From a virus (lineage: Duplodnaviria; Caudoviricetes), in IMG/VR virus record IMGVR_UViG_3300043473_000010, positions 1-41,861 of that record: a stretch of 41,861 nucleotides of DNA, one strand, 5' to 3'. The translations under genes and the position numbers were made by a program. Shown here in pieces: positions 41,487 to 41,861 of the stretch (position 1 is the stretch's first letter; every line of letters begins with the position of its first letter). The notes beneath the pieces were generated by a model. The model did not search any database and was not told where the DNA came from. It saw nothing but the letters and a program-made list of their open reading frames with translations.

Positions 41487-41737
41487 TACTATGGCATAGT
41501 ATGTGCTAGGTGCCGCTAGACGGCAGTATGTGCCGCCCCTGCACGGCACCCTGCACGGGTGACGCTAGACGGCAGAATGTGACGAATTCAAGCACAGACA
41601 AGGATCGTGCCAGGAGCGTGCACCCTGCACCCTGCAGAGTGCGGACCAACTGTGCAGTACATCTACGCCCGTGTGTGCGGGGGTGCAGTGTAACATTTAG
41701 ACAACACATTAAAACAACATATACTATGTGTAGTATA
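41487..41737. repeat. Non-coding cluster of short direct and inverted repeats (candidate origin, pac or enhancer region)
   Basis: TACTATG-G-CATAGTA (41487-41501), TATACTA-TGTG-TAGTATA (41720-41737), CGCTAGACGGCAGWATGTG twice (41514, 41563), multiple CCTGCA(C). Confidence 0.6.
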
Positions 41738-41861
41738 CCTACCCTACAGCCCTTGCAGGCGACACGGCCTGCACCCTTGGGCCTGCACAGGCCGCGCCTC
41801 CTATGCATATGGCCCCCTCCGTAGACCGGCCTCGGCGCGTCTATGGTCGCATCCAGGTGCC
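41735..41861. repeat. 127-bp terminal direct repeat, copy 2
   Basis: Identical to 1..127. Confidence 0.95.

Noticed and set aside
41735-41861. 127-bp terminal repeat as a biological DTR
   Set aside because: Length equals a standard assembler k-mer; best explained as circular overlap unless read-end data show otherwise
1-41861. tRNA genes, integrase/repressor, alternative genetic code
   Set aside because: No cloverleaf or recombinase motifs recognised by eye; genes are intact under the standard code and use all three stop codons

Overview
The window is an apparently complete, circularly assembled genome of a tailed dsDNA phage, about 41,734 bp plus a 127-bp assembly overlap (1..127 = 41735..41861). 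It looks lytic and podovirus-like: I found no integrase, repressor, tail tube or tape measure. There are two divergent arms. The + arm (410..23337) carries terminase, portal, scaffold, major capsid, head decoration/fibre, adaptor, nozzle, GNAT, ejection proteins, tail fibre, an Ig-like protein, small membrane proteins and a lipoprotein. The - arm (41202..23207) carries early small genes, DUF932, three HNH genes, family A DNA polymerase, PD-(D/E)XK nuclease, VRR-NUC, SNF2 helicase and primase-helicase. It also carries a thymine-hypermodification set: a dUMP-hydroxymethylase-like thymidylate synthase homolog, a 5hmU DNA kinase (aGPT-Pplase1) and a TAGT/GREB1-like glycosyltransferase. Best candidates for undescribed biology: (1) a promoter-driven small RNA at ~23543..23479 whose 5' end is complementary to a CACCAC-N-GGAG motif spanning the ribosome-binding site of ten early/middle genes; (2) directly downstream, a small ORF resembling the N-terminal arm of the phage's own capsid protein; (3) a 5hmU kinase plus glycosyltransferase pathway with no recognisable amino acid:DNA transferase; (4) a consensus sigma54 promoter ahead of the first early gene, which is strongly depleted of TC dinucleotides. 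All family assignments come from recognising motifs by eye; no database searches were run.
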